DNA of 35,384 bases, taken from NCBI GenBank assembly GCA_002256025.1, contig NKIB01000085.1, forward strand, positions 1-35,384, written 5' to 3'. This document shows, in pieces, positions 1-10,919 of the stretch (position 1 is its first letter; each line of letters begins with the position of its first letter). The translations under genes and the position numbers were made by a program. The notes under the pieces are model-generated. The model was given only the letters and a program-made list of their open reading frames with translations. It was not told the origin of the DNA and searched no databases. Source of the stretch: Asterionella formosa (lineage: Eukaryota).

Positions 1-46
1 TTTGGGATTGTTGGGGGAATGGGTTTCACTCTTTTATAGGAGTGCC

Positions 47-120
47 AGGGGAATGGCTCAGTTGGTTGGGCACGTTGTCTTTGATTTCAAGTTGTGTGGT
101 TCGATTCCCGCAATTTTTTT
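47..120 (+). pseudogene. Degenerate tRNA-like sequence (tRNA pseudogene or SINE head)
   Basis: A-box TGGCTCAGTTGG (54-65) and B-box GGTTCGATTCC (98-108) at canonical tRNA spacing. D-stem GCTC/GGGC and T-stem TGTGG/CCGCA can pair, followed by a T7 run. The anticodon stem does not pair and the acceptor stem pairs only by G:U. Confidence 0.5.
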
Positions 121-1315
121 GAGAAGCAAGAAGTTTTGAGTTCGAAACGCACACTCCTCATCATCCTGAGCGGTCTTGCCTGCTGGTGTGCAAGAAAAAA
201 AGGGTCACCCCCTACAAACAGTGTGCCACCTTCCTAGGCAGTAGGAGTTTCCCCTGACGCTGTGGCTAGTAGTATGGCTGGATGCGTCATGAAACCATCG
301 TAGCTACCAGTACAACATAATTTTATCTTTATCTGAAGTAGAAATGATCTATATAAATAAAATTCATATGAATAAATTTGATGTACACAGCCATGCATCT
401 GTGATCTCTTGTCAATCGAAGTCCATTGCGCAGCGATGGGTGGTGGCTGTGAAATCATTGTTGTTTCTTCATTGCAACTACTATATGACCATATTTAAGA
501 CATTTCTGTACAGTTTCAACTCCAGCTTGCCCACTATCAAGCTCAAGAGTGATGTGAAACCATTGCTCATGTAGGCGTGGATCTGCATGCCCAACACAAA
601 ATGCATAGTTCATATATATTCCAAATTGTGTCATCGCATGCCGGTTCCTGAGTTTACTAGTAATGCTACTCATGGCGAAAAGAAGGCTATTTGAAGCGGT
701 GTGGGAGGATGGTCTATTGTTGCGTTAAGCAACAGAATAATAACAACATGGTGGATGTGATTATAACATGCCAATCCAGGCAGGTGCAAAATATCATATA
801 CAATAGTAGGTTTAGGGTTTATGCTAATACTAGGCAGGCCTACAGGGTCTACTTGGTGGCCCCAAAAATTGCATCCAGCCATAAGACAATCACCTTTTGC
901 AAAAGGAGGTAGGGGAATCACCAACACTAACAAACCTAGGGCAGCAAACAGACTTGTCAACAGGCCATGCTATAAAATTTCACGTGTAACTCGATGGCCT
1001 TTAAAAAAAGGGCGTTACAAGTGAGTTTCATTTTTATATTAGGAGTTCCAGCCAAATCAAATTCAAGCAGAAAAGTATTGAAAATGATTATGCCAAAAAG
1101 TACCAGCATATTTATTTAATTTGTCTACCGGTATGTGATCAGCAGGCATGAATTTCCGTAATATCCAAATCGTCATTTCGGCAAATTTACTGCAACTTGT
1201 AGGTACCTGAAGATATTGATAACCAGCAAGTTGCGGTCATTTTTTGCCTGTATCTACAGTTTAAGCTAAATCTTTAGTATAGCAAATACCCTAACTTGCA
1301 GCATGTACGATGGGT

Positions 1316-1397
1316 CCACGATTAAAGGTCCTCGGGTAAAACACGTTTTTTGGACGAAACAAGATAAAGCTAAATATCTCGATCACCGGACCCTTCC
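1316..1397. repeat. Dispersed hairpin repeat, copy A (partner at 14426-14517)
   Basis: Shares AAGATxAAGCTAAATATCTCGATxACCGGACC and CCACGATTAA with the reverse complement of 14426-14517. Confidence 0.7.
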
Positions 1398-1778
1398 ATG
1401 AGATGTTCCGGTCCAGATGGTACCTGTACCAGGTACCAACTCTGCGTGCTATTGTATACCGGCATACCATGTAACAATTGTATTGTAGTAAGAATTGTCC
1501 AATTTATTCTTGGCTGTGCGTGCACCTTTCATTTGCGCGCCACTGAAATCATGACAGCATAGCAAACCCAAGCCGTCACACAACTTTTCGAACATACAGG
1601 CATGAATATGTATCATCGAATTGAACCCACAACATTGACTCATGAATTTGGACTCACCTACAGAGAATAGACGTAGAATTTGTGGTACTGAGACTGGTAT
1701 TCTTGTCTGTCAATAAAGCTGCCCCGATATACACAATTCTGCATCTCCGCGGAAGTACCATCGCAGTAAAGTTTGACC

Positions 1779-2522
1779 ATGGTAAGTCGATTTTCTTTCG
1801 ATCACCTTGATGGTTCCCTAATATACCGACTCCAATAGGTCTGCCTCGTATCATTTGATATACCACAGAAGTTTCATGGTGAAGCTGTGGAAAACAAAGC
1901 AATTATTAGTAGTTTTATGTTCGGCAACCGTTGCTGCCAAGCGTATGCCAATACCTTCGAATTTATTAGCTTACTTTCTCGCGAAGTGCTGTCTCAGTTC
2001 AATTTGACACTTCGTTGGGTTTCCCTTCCTGTCGTCACATGCTGCTCAGGATTCTGACTACCTTCACTCTCCTCACTATCACAGTCCGGAAAAGGAGGCA
2101 AGGGAGGTAAAGGCGGCAAGGGAGGAAAGGCGCCAACCTCCAAGAAGGCGCCGCAGTCGCGTTCGTCCAAAGCTGGACTCCAGTTTCCTGTTGGTCGTGT
2201 GCATCGTTTCTTGAAGGCCTCTGTTCAACACACCCAACGTGTTGGAGCTACTGCGGCCGTCTACACTTCGGCTATTCTAGAGTACCTGACTGCCGAAGTC
2301 TTGGAACTGGCAGGAAATGCCTGCAAGGATTTGAAAGTCAAGCGTATCACGCCTCGGCATCTCCAGCTTGCCATTCGTGGTGACGAAGAGTTGGACGCTC
2401 TCATTAAGGCCACAATCGCTGGCGGTGGAGTGATTCCGCACATTCACAAATCGCTTATCAACAAGGCTCAAAAGGGGGGTCCAGGAGGAATACCCAGCAA
2501 GAAAGGCGGCGGAAAGTTCTAA
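1779..2522 (+). CDS. H2AZ: Histone variant H2A.Z, join(1779..1781,2085..2522), 146 aa
   Basis: H2A.Z signatures [26 protein letters not shown] and [44 protein letters not shown]. The frame extends upstream to CAG|TCC at 2084/2085. ATG|GTAAGT donor at 1779-1787; branch-like CTGAC near 2054. Confidence 0.95.
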
Positions 2523-2834
2523 ACTGAGCCTGCCAAGACTGTGTCATTTCATCCTGGGAATTTTCGGCTGCTTGGGTTTAGCTCGCTGATCTCGTGTTGA
2601 AGGGGACACAACATGGCAGCTGGTGGTATTGAGCTAGTCCCATTTGTTTACAGAAATGAATCAATCCAATGTCTATCACACGATACGTGTTTATCATCAC
2701 TTATCCTTGCAGAATAAGTCACCTGTTATTTAATAAAATTCATGTTTCTTACTGCCATTATGAACCATTCCTTCATTCACTCTCCCTGAACATCTACTAT
2801 GATAACAATTGACCCTTTTCGTCCATCCATGTAT

Positions 2835-4442
2835 TTACATCGTTGCTTTTGTTGATATTGACGATGCCCCTGTTGCCGGTATCTTTGCCTTCTTTGCAGC
2901 GCTTTCGTTCAACAAAGTACCAGTACTATCCGAGGACATTTGTCGCTTTGTATTATTATTTGCTCCTGGTACTGTACTTACTTGTGCCCCTGCCACCACT
3001 CGATTGTCTGGCTTGGTTGGTCTCATATTGGGTGCACCCAGTCCTGGAATAACAATCCCCCATTGTTTCGCCAAGACTAGTTGAATATCAGAGACATCCA
3101 ATGTCTTACTTCCACGATGTTGAGCTAATCGCATACTTTGTTTGGTAACTTTTTCCAAAAAGTCGTCTGCGAGCTCCAGTACTTGTTCTTCGGCATCTGC
3201 GTCCAATGTGTAATTGGGATCAAGAGATGTTACCAAGTCACGAAGGCGTTGTCCGATCATGGGTGAAATGTGAGCTCCTCCAGTCCCAGCCGAGGACAAT
3301 TTTGCTTCCGACGAGGATGGCTGAGTTGTTGGTTTCGTAGATAGTGGACCAACATAAATTGCAGGAGATGCCATTGTATTACTAGTTGATGATGCCTGTG
3401 GTGTGCCGGAAAAAGAACCCACACGCTTGTTTGCCATGGATGATGGTCTACTATTTGTAGCAATGTTGGTTGATGAATTCGAAGGCCCTCGTCTATTATT
3501 GGTTGCAGCTGACGATGTTGAAACCTTCTTTGTAGTAGAAGCAGCACCAGTACCAGCAACCATGGGGGGTCCAGAAGTTGGTGACTTCAACTTTGTTACG
3601 TGTTGATTCCTAGCTTCAGATGCATTGGCAGCCGCTGCAGGCGATACTTGTACTTGCGCAGGACCAGGTAGAGGATTATTATGTGTCGTGGTTGGTTGCA
3701 ATCTCTGATTTGGAGTATACCCAGCCGCTGCTCTTGCGGCTGCTTGCATTTTGGCCGCTCGTGCTGCCTGAGCTGCGGATATTGCTGAAGCATGTGGTTG
3801 CATGACGGCAGACCCCCCAGGCATCTGCGGTTGTCCCGGAGGAGGAGGAGCTCCTCCCATGCGATTTGCCATGGCTGCAAAATCCTTGCCTTTAGGTCGA
3901 CTATTACCCCCACCCCCTCCTGTGCCTGTTGCATCTTGATGATGTTGCATACTATTGGGAATTATCTTATTGGCAGCAGTGACTACTGCGACTTGTGGTG
4001 GATTATATGTTGGAGTTGGAGGAGAAATAGCTGGTGCCTTGGGGGAAGAACCAACATTCTTTGCCATGGCTGCAAAGTCCTTTCCCTTGGGACGTCCCGG
4101 AGGTATCACTGATTGAGGTTCCGTAACAAGCGGATGTTGAGACTCATCAGCACCAGGAGGAGCAGCTGCCGATTGTTGTTGTTGCTGCTGCTGCTGCTGC
4201 TGCTGTTGTTGCTTCGCTTGAGTTGCCATTAGATTCGCTGCGGACTTTCCCGGTCTCTGCGCAACATTTGTTGAAGGAGAAGGTATTGGAGTTGGGGCGG
4301 GAGCATCAGCCACAGGGACAATTGCCGATGCTTCAACGCTTGGTATTCCGGCTAATGGCAAGAGTCGCTGCTGCATGAGAGCAAAGGATTTGCCACCGGG
4401 TTTGCCTTGCTGCTGCTGCTGCTGCTGCTGATTCGAGCTCAT
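2835..4442 (-). CDS. TAF12: TFIID/SAGA subunit TAF12 with long Q/P/A/S-rich N-terminal region, ~535 aa
   Basis: C-terminal histone fold LRDLVTSLDPNYTLDADAEEQVLELADDFLEKVTKQSMRLAQHRGSKTLDVSDIQLVLAKQWGIVIPG is the TAF12 pattern. First in-frame ATG is at 4442 (MSSNQQQ). PolyQ tracts at ~4173-4212 and ~4408-4430. Confidence 0.9.
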   Translation of the reverse strand: MSSNQQQQQQQQGKPGGKSFALMQQRLLPLAGIPSVEASAIVPVADAPAPTPIPSPSTNVAQRPGKSAANLMATQAKQQQQQQQQQQQQQSAAAPPGADESQHPLVTEPQSVIPPGRPKGKDFAAMAKNVGSSPKAPAISPPTPTYNPPQVAVVTAANKIIPNSMQHHQDATGTGGGGGNSRPKGKDFAAMANRMGGAPPPPGQPQMPGGSAVMQPHASAISAAQAARAAKMQAAARAAAGYTPNQRLQPTTTHNNPLPGPAQVQVSPAAAANASEARNQHVTKLKSPTSGPPMVAGTGAASTTKKVSTSSAATNNRRGPSNSSTNIATNSRPSSMANKRVGSFSGTPQASSTSNTMASPAIYVGPLSTKPTTQPSSSEAKLSSAGTGGAHISPMIGQRLRDLVTSLDPNYTLDADAEEQVLELADDFLEKVTKQSMRLAQHRGSKTLDVSDIQLVLAKQWGIVIPGLGAPNMRPTKPDNRVVAGAQVSTVPGANNNTKRQMSSDSTGTLLNESAAKKAKIPATGASSISTKATM

Positions 4443-4963
4443 GATGATGGTGTGATAGTAACAATATGACTGATGATTGCGAGAATGATACAGAATCAAT
4501 GGGGAACACAGAGTGTGGCGCTGTGAAAATGGCTGATGCTTCCTAAAATAGATAGTAAACTTGTTCACTGTATACCACGGCAGATAGACTACTCCATTCT
4601 GTAATCATTGCTCTTCATCGATGTTATCATAATGTAATATATATACATTTTGTATATCATTTTTCAGAGTACATATGCTCCATTTTTCGATTGCTGACAA
4701 ACTACCAGGTACCATACCAGTTACCAGCTACCTGATACCAGAGAGAGTTGCGGTGGTAACTGAAAGTTTTTACTTATAGAAAAACAAAGCTAAATTTCCT
4801 ATTTGCCCAGGTACAAGGTTTTCCAAACAATGATAATTACGAGTAATTGACTCGACCAGATCGAGTCTATCTCTCCTTACCGCTTTACTTAGATTCTTAT
4901 GGGCGGCCATCATCACATATTCCTCCTTCACAGATTACTACTGAGTAACTCTGAGCATCCACC
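4443..4963. promoter_or_regulatory. Probable bidirectional promoter between TAF12 and RPSA
   Basis: 521 bp between divergent ATGs, with an AT-rich TATATATA patch (~4637-4646) and a TACCAG/GGTACC cluster at 4702-4741. Inferred from gene geometry only. Confidence 0.55.
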
Positions 4964-5821
4964 ATGTCCGCCTTTTCTAGCCTCCCAGCGATTCTCCAAC
5001 CCAAGGAGGAGGACATCCAGATGATGTTGTCCGCCGGTGTTCACACCGGAACCAGAAACTCCGATTCTTGCATGACGGATTACATCTGGCGCCGCCGTAA
5101 CGATGGAGTCCACATCCTCAACATTGGAAAGACTTGGGAGAAGCTCGTGCTTGCTGCCCGTGTCATTGTTGCCATTGAGAACCCAGAAGACGTCATCGCC
5201 ATCTCTGCCCGTCCTTATGGTATGCGCGCTGTGCTCAAGTTCGCACACTACACTGGCGCAAACTCGATTGCTGGACGATACACTCCAGGAACCTTTACCA
5301 ATCAAATCACCAAGCAGTTCCGCGAGCCTCGCCTTCTGCTTGTCACTGACCCCCGCACAGATTCACAGGCCGTCCGCGAGGCATCGTATGTTAACGTCCC
5401 AGTCATCGCATTCTGCGACTCAGACTCTCCTCTGCAGTTCATCGATGTTGCTATCCCAGCTAACAACAAGGGAAAGTACTCCATCGGCCTTTTATACTGG
5501 ATGTTGGCTCGTGAGATTCTTCGCCTCCGCGGATCTGTCTCTCGCGCTGGAGATTGGGATGTTCCTGTTGACCTTTTCTTCCACCGTGATGTTGAAGAAC
5601 TCAAGAAGAACGAAGATGAGCAAGCCGCCAAGCTTGAAGAATCCACTCAGGCTGCTGTAGTCATTGACACTTTGGTGGAGCCTGGTTTCGATGCCACGTT
5701 GATGGATGTCCCTGATGCAGGGTTTGATGTCAATGTCGCTGACGATGGTTTTGAAGCTCCTGTTGGAACTGCGGCTACTTCTTGGGAGGGGGACGCTGCC
5801 GTTGTTGAAGCTGGATGGTGA
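4964..5821 (+). CDS. RPSA: 40S ribosomal protein SA (uS2/Rps0), 285 aa, intronless
   Basis: [43 protein letters not shown] and [36 protein letters not shown] are uS2 signatures. Acidic C-tail ends in W. Confidence 0.98.
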   Translation: MSAFSSLPAILQPKEEDIQMMLSAGVHTGTRNSDSCMTDYIWRRRNDGVHILNIGKTWEKLVLAARVIVAIENPEDVIAISARPYGMRAVLKFAHYTGANSIAGRYTPGTFTNQITKQFREPRLLLVTDPRTDSQAVREASYVNVPVIAFCDSDSPLQFIDVAIPANNKGKYSIGLLYWMLAREILRLRGSVSRAGDWDVPVDLFFHRDVEELKKNEDEQAAKLEESTQAAVVIDTLVEPGFDATLMDVPDAGFDVNVADDGFEAPVGTAATSWEGDAAVVEAGW

Positions 5822-6050
5822 AACAATTATTGAACACTTGCATTACCTTGAGAGAGTCCGGATGAAATTGTTCGAATAAGTCACTAAATAGTTTTTGATT
5901 GCTACTATTGCGTGACTACCGGTAGTTTAAGTTATTGTTAGGCCACTTATTTTGGGGTAATTATTGTTTCTACATTGAGGATGGTCTACATTGGTACTCC
6001 CTCTGTTCTGGAACAATTGCAACCAAACTTTATGACTTGGCTGCCCATGA

Positions 6051-6151
6051 AGTGCAAGCTCTGAAAATTCTCTGGATAACAGAATGTTTGCCCTGCCCGC
6101 GAGTGCAAGCTCTGAAAATTCTCTGGATAACAGAATGTTTGCCCTGCCCGC
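6051..6151. repeat. Perfect tandem duplication, 51-bp period, 2 copies
   Basis: AGTGCAAGCTCTGAAAATTCTCTGGATAACAGAATGTTTGCCCTGCCCGC at 6051-6100 and 6102-6151. Confidence 0.95.
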
Positions 6152-7244
6152 CCCCTTTTTTGTTGACCCTTTGCTAATCAATAAACATTGAAGAATTTAA
6201 CACCAGAAAAGCGAAAAAATACAGTGCCGATTGCTCTCTTTGCAACCTGAAAAGCCATTCATCTTCACAAGCAACCATTTGAGCTTCCTGCATGAGTAGA
6301 CAAAAAGGGCAATGGAAAATCATGGAAAAAAGGATCATAATCAGTCTTGTGTTTTCTTAGCTAAATTAATATTGCTTCATGATGCCAATCAAGCATTGTG
6401 AAATGAGCACTTGATTGCTGTCATTTCAATTTTCAACTTTAGTCTGGAATGCTGCCAAGATTTGGTGGGAGTTGAACAAATCGAAAATCACAGATCATGG
6501 CAATTTCATAATTTCAAAGATTCATCACTCATATATTGTCACATAATAGAAACCTTTGTACACTTTGTTCTCCCTCTAATAGCAACATGAAAGAATAGAA
6601 GTTGACCATAAATATTGTATTATCACACGTCACCTGTATTGTGTCAATTTTGTTGTCCTCCTTGCCACCCTTGTCTTCTTTTGTTTGTCTTGATTCACAG
6701 CAGCATCACACAGGTTGATTGAAGTTGGGTTTATCTATAACAGTAACTTATTGGGGGTGAGGGAATTGTACCTGTTGTCCCTCATGTGGTAAAGAAATGG
6801 AGATACTCAGGAGTATGTGAGAAGTGCCTTACAATTGATTGTTAGGATTCAAGTACTGCTAGGTGGTTGTTTGTTTGCTGTTTCTTGTGAATTGTAAATT
6901 ATGAGTTATGAGCTCACATTCGTCCGAGCCAATTATTTTAGTAACAATTTAATTAGCCAAGTGTTCATGATGATTGGATTTTTCGGATGACACGAATGCA
7001 TATATATCCGTACCGGTGTAGAATAAATATATATTTTTATCCTTGGCCGTCTTCCGCATGCATAACTAATACGTGAACCAACAAACCCAAACATACGAAC
7101 GGCCGCTTTTCTTTGGGGATTTTCGTTTGAGCCAGGAAATTGAATCACTCTATTTTGACTACTAACTATTGGTATCATTACAGCTCATTCGTCCATTTTG
7201 TCTGCTACATAGACACATATATATATATACACCCAACAAACATC

Positions 7245-8663
7245 ATGCCCAAGGTGAAAAAGATCCGTTCAGCAGCCTTGGCTGGCAAACAATCTCGACA
7301 TGCTCCATTGGGACAAGTCATTCAAGAAGACGAAAATCGTGGCAAATATGCTGCTGCCGTTAGAAACCGCGGGAAACAAAAGGAAAAGGTTGACAAGGAT
7401 GACGACGACGTTATGGATGAGCGAACGTCCAAGCAAATTCTAGAATTGAGTCGAGAGCAACAACTCGAGATCGAGCGAGAAGAAGTGCAGCAACACCAGC
7501 GCACGGTAAACAACCAGCCTGCAGATGACTCGGAGGACGAAGACGGCCAAGATGAGTCTGTTTCTCTTCAAGAGGACGAAGAGGAGTAAGTTGGCGCTCT
7601 CTTGTTGGTCAGATTCGTGATTATTAGATAGTATGCTCACCAAAGTCACTCATTACAACACAGCTACGTTCTGCATGATGCTGGATATGTTACAGTGGTA
7701 GACAATGAAGAAGCCTTGTCGCCGGAAGAAGAAGCCGTGGTAGCCTCCATGATGGCTGACAAGGGGGAAGAACGACGAACTTTGGCTGATATCATTCTTG
7801 ATAAGATTCAAGAGAAGGAAGCTGAGAAAAGAGGAGAATACTCGAATGAGGAAGAGCAACTAGGCATTGCATTGCCAGAAAAAGTAGTTCAGGTCTACAC
7901 TGACATTGGGAAGATCCTGAGCCGCTACACAGCTGGTAAGCTTCCCAAAGCCTTTAAAGTCATTCCCTCTCTATCCAATTGGGAAGAGGTCCTATACTTA
8001 ACCCGACCCGACATGTGGACACCCCAGGCTATGTACGCGGCCACTCGAATCTTTGCCTCAAATCTCAACCCTAAAATGGCTCAGCGATTCTACAATTTGG
8101 TCTTGTTGGATAGTGTCCGCGCAGACATTGTTGCAGAAAAGAAACTCAACTACCACTACTACATGTCTTTGAAAAAGGCTGTTTACAAGCCAGCTGCTTT
8201 TTTCAAAGGCATTCTTCTCCCACTCTGTATGGACCATTGCACCCTTCGGGAGGCCGCCATTGTTGCATCCGTCTTGCAACGTGTTTCCATCCCCGTGCAT
8301 CACGCAGCGGTTGCCATTCATAAGTTGGCACAGCTGGAGTACAGCGGAGCTGCGTCAATCTTTATCAAGACGCTCTTGAATAAGAAATACTCCTTGCCCT
8401 CTCCTGTGATTCGGTCGTTGGTGTCACATTTTACTGCGTTTACAAGTGATGCCCGCGTTTTGCCAGTGTTGTGGCACCAAGCCCTGTTGGTGTTTGTGCA
8501 GCGCTACAAGAATGAAATTAAAGATGGAGCTAGAGAGGGTTTACGAGTTGTAATGAAGAAGCATTTTCATCCAAAGATTACACCAGAGATTCGACGAGAA
8601 TTGTTTGGGGCACAAGCATGGAAGGAGGAGAGGGCTGCCGCGTTAAATGGAATGGTACAGTAA
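7245..8663 (+). CDS. BYSL: Bystin / Enp1 pre-40S assembly factor, join(7245..7585,7664..8663), 446 aa
   Basis: RTLADIILDKIQEKE, LSRYTAGKLPKAFKVIP, YAATRIFASNL, LPVLWHQALLVFVQRYK and HPKITPEIRREL. A 78-nt GTAAGT...CAG intron (7586-7663) joins the two ORF-track pieces in frame. Confidence 0.96.
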
Positions 8664-8789
8664 TTTCGTTTTATGCACATGTTTTGAATTGATTTGGACT
8701 GTGAAGTAGTTACTTTTTTGCATTAGCTCTAAATTCGTAGATTGGAGGCTTACCATGCAGTACCGGCATGCTACTCCTTACCTGGTAGC

Positions 8790-9501
8790 CTAGTTTGCGC
8801 AGCAATTGTCTAAAATGGAGGTTCTCAAGGCTGGACTAACTGTCTGGTCATCCAGAAAGACATCGCAGAAGGCGTGTGCCAAAGCGGCACTTTCTACGCT
8901 GCCCTGGTCATTTCCATCTACCAAAACCCCCACACCTGCTCCAGAACAATCAAATTGAAGCTTCGTCCCTTTGACTGCCGCTCCCTTTTTGTGAACGCCT
9001 TGGAAGATGAGTTCCTTCAACTGGTCCACCTCCCTAGCTGCACCAGTATGACGAGGAGCGACAGAGTCCGCAATGGCCTTTGCCATTTTTTCTGCTCCAA
9101 CTTTGAAATTCATTTCCAAGAGAAAGGTGGTGGTGGTGTGTTCTGACTTTGCCCCCGACGCAACGGCGGCTAGGGCTTGTTTGCCCTGCTCAACACCTTT
9201 CGAGAGTCCCGCGAGGGCGTCTTTGATAGCGTCTGAGCAGTACATGCCTACCGAGTATACCTGCATGGAACGGAACGGAACGGAGCGGCGGGGTGAGATA
9301 TGCAGTACTACGTATTGCAGCGAATACGTCCCTTTTTCTCTCCAAGTTCGTTCGTACTTTGATTGGTCCCTTTTTTCTGACACCAACACCAAATATGCTG
9401 AGTTCGTTGATTCTAGGCTTGAAGGCAATGCCTGTGGCCGGATCTGTCATGGCGGCATGAGCCAGACTGAGCAAGCTCAGTGCAAAAGCTACGGAGCGCA
9501 T
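8790..9501 (-). CDS. Chalcone-isomerase-fold (FAP/Chalcone_3-like) protein with signal peptide, complement join(9358..9501,8790..9260), 204 aa
   Basis: DPATGIAF...LSIFGVGVRKKGPIK|VYSVGMY and GSVESAALAHAFCDVFLDDQTVSPALR match the CHI fold. 97-nt GTACG...GCAG intron (9357-9261). Hydrophobic N-terminus MRSVAFALSLLSLAHA. Confidence 0.85.
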
Positions 9502-10919
9502 ACTGTTAGAACCACAAGCAAAGCAAGGGGTCTATTATTTAATCTGATCCTTTTTATAAAAAGATCGTTGAATTTGTCGGCTTTTTCTCGTTCAACGATG
9601 ACGAACAAATCCATGTTTTGAGGTTTTGTTTTGGACACGTGTCCTACTGAACATACATACAACCGGCATGACATGATGTCGAAGAATTACGGTACTGGTA
9701 CCTGGTACCAGGTACAGTTACATACCAGTACATATACCTGATAGGTATGACACAACGCTATCTTACTTACAGGTGGAATCATTAAGCAAATATGGATGAT
9801 ATCATTTGCTACCTACTGGGGTTACACATAAACATCAACAGTCACATCCCGGAATATATATAATGTGCATAACGGTACCGGTACATGATGTATGAGCGAT
9901 CTGGAAGTACAGATCATACTGGAATCACCGGTGAATACCATATGTGGGCAGAGCAATCGGAACAGCTATAGTCATCTACAAGTCGAGTACAGCACTGTCT
10001 CATACAGTACTTTTTGTCTCATCTTTGAGCCTTGACCTATCTCAACCAAAGCCAGATGCTGTGGTTTGATTGATGACTGCTTACAGAGAACAATCATGTT
10101 GATCAAAACTAGATCATACCTAGTTTGCTTCCTGACTTTTCCTTGATTTGGCGGACATACTATCTGCAATTGTCTAGTCAATTATTTATTTATTGTGTCT
10201 CTAGTAGGTCGTTTTTACTTCCTTAAGTCCATTCAATAGGTTTAGAGAGAACTTCTTCAGAAATTTCCTCTCTCAATGGTGGCATTTAACACACAAAATT
10301 TGATCATCTGTCCTTGAATCAATCACCTAGTAGATTGTGGTACATGTCTGTTCCTAATCAGATCATCTGATTTCTAGATAGTGCTTGGAATGGTGTCAAA
10401 ACAGTCAGCAGTCTGTTTTGATGCTGAATGATCATGCTTCATGTCGAATCTGGGAATTGTGAATTCTACAATCAACAATAGCAAAAACTGGGTGCATTAA
10501 TAATACTATTTTGACAATCTAATAGATTGTAGTATTTGTTATTAGGGAGGACACTAGAGAGTGAAGGAATCCATGTATTGATGCACACATAACCTGAGCT
10601 GGAATCAGGAATCTCTCTGTGCGTGGTTAATACGACAAGCGTCTCTGGCTATGTCCTTCCGTCGACAGAGGTACCTTGAGGGCCACCAAAAAGGGGAAAC
10701 TCCTCATGATTACAGTGAGCAAGGATGGGAGGATCGTATCGTCATCTATGCTTGATGTAATCTCGATGTACCACATCATGTACCTGTGTGCTGCGGCTCT
10801 AGTGCTAGACCATTAGCTACTATCTTGGCATCCATTTGATGCTGCGCTCTCTTTCAATTATTTCTTTTGTTTATTACCGTCGATTGAATTTGTTGGCTTT
10901 CGCTGTCGATACGTCAATC

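Noticed and set aside
234..1024. Short ORFs on both strands
   Set aside because: No recognisable motifs; CpG-poor, stop-rich DNA typical of decayed repeats.
2575..2641. SECIS element in the H2A.Z 3' UTR
   Set aside because: The 3' GA of the core is missing and the CDS has no in-frame TGA.
4443..4568. ORF-track N-terminal extension of TAF12 (similar extensions at 7140, 10836, 14579, 19807)
   Set aside because: These rely on GTG/TTG starts, which do not suit a eukaryotic nuclear gene; a downstream in-frame ATG was used instead.
4928..5660. Overlapping and antisense ORFs within RPSA (and similar ones in TAF12, bystin, NOL11-like, Ubc6)
   Set aside because: Shadows of codon bias in the real genes; no motifs.
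9972..10700. Possible retroelement or gene relic
   Set aside because: Protein-like frames with stops but no diagnostic motif recognised.
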